A DNA stretch of 64,000 nt from Camelus ferus (taxonomy: Eukaryota): NCBI RefSeq assembly GCF_009834535.1, contig NC_045696.1, positions 72,914,001-72,978,000 on the forward strand, in the 5' to 3' direction. How positions within the stretch are numbered: the first letter of the stretch is position 1; each line of letters opens with the position of its first letter. The translations under genes and the position numbers were made by a program. The notes below the pieces were generated by a model that worked only from the letters and a program-made list of their open reading frames with translations, was not told the origin of the DNA and made no database searches. This document shows positions 63,478 to 64,000 of this stretch, in pieces.

Positions 63478-63640
63478 TGGGAAGGGTATGGCTCAGTGGT
63501 AGAGCACATGCTTAGCATGCATGAGGTCCTGGGTTCAATCCCCAGTACTTCCATCCAAAAAAAAAAAAAAAATTAAAATAAATAAACCTAATTACCTGCC
63601 CCCAAAAAACCCAAACAAAAAAAATTAATTAAATTAATTA
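63478..63640 (+). mobile_element. Camelid tRNA-derived SINE (vic-1-like), well preserved
   Basis: A box TGGCTCAGTGG, B box GGTTCAATCC, and two-part tail. Confidence 0.92.
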
Positions 63641-63644
63641 ATGG

Positions 63645-64000
63645 ATTTTATTTTTTTGACCAGTTTTAGGTTCACAGCAACATTGAGCAGAAAGGACAGA
63701 GCTCTCAGACACCTCCTGTCCCCACACACTCACAATCTCTCCCGCTAAAATCCCCCACCACAGTAGTCCGTTTGCTGCAATCAGTGAACCTGCCTTGGCA
63801 CATCATTATCACCCAGAGTCCCTAGGTTACACTGGGATTCACTCTTGGTGTTGAGTTTGGACAAGTGTGTAATGATATATATCCACCATTACAGCATCAT
63901 ATAGAGTAGTTTCACTGCCCTAAAACTCCTCTGTGCTCCACCTGCTCATCCCTCCTTCCCAACTAACCTCTGACAGCCACCGACCTTTTACTGTTTTCAT
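63645..64000 (-). mobile_element. L1MB-type 3' end (runs off window)
   Basis: 'cagttttaggttcacagcaacattgagcagaaag...gacaagtgtgtaatgatatatatccaccattacagcatcatatagagtagtttcactgccctaaaa'. Confidence 0.85.

Noticed and set aside
63478..63556. tRNA-Ala(AGC) gene (and the seven similar loci)
   Set aside because: Broken acceptor stems, shared SINE tails, A-rich ends and TSDs mark them as tRNA-derived SINEs.
1..64000. ORFs in the supplied six-frame track as protein-coding genes
   Set aside because: All are 60-180 aa, many start at non-ATG codons, overlap repeats or low-complexity DNA, and none resembles a host protein I recognise. The only recognisable ones are L1 ORF2 and Tigger transposase relics.
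1..64000. CRISPR array, operon, prophage or other prokaryote-style system; regularly spaced repeat arrays
   Set aside because: The sequence is mammalian. The dispersed near-identical segments are SINE and L1 copies at irregular spacing, not repeat-spacer arrays.

Overview
AT-rich, CpG-depleted mammalian non-coding DNA (intronic or intergenic). It is very probably from a camelid (alpaca, llama or camel): eight copies of a tRNA-Ala-derived SINE carry the 'CTCCATTAAAATAAATAAATAAACCTAATTACCTCCCCC' tail that I recognise as the camelid vic-1 family. I found no protein-coding gene, convincing coding exon, functional RNA gene, CpG island or prokaryotic-type system. The only protein-like ORFs are transposon relics: L1 ORF2 fragments and two Tigger/pogo transposase fragments. 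A large part of the window is interspersed repeats (MIR, L2, old and young L1, MaLR solo LTRs, hAT and Tigger DNA transposons), often nested with readable target-site duplications (TSDs). Between them are repeat-poor blocks with enhancer-like motif clusters: a PBX-HOX/MEIS composite, tandem CACGTG E-boxes, octamers, AP-1/TEAD, and a CTCF site built in a MIR. I do not see evidence for a novel biological system. The most interesting items are local structural oddities and candidate regulatory elements. Repeat subfamily names come from memory of consensus sequences and boundaries are approximate.
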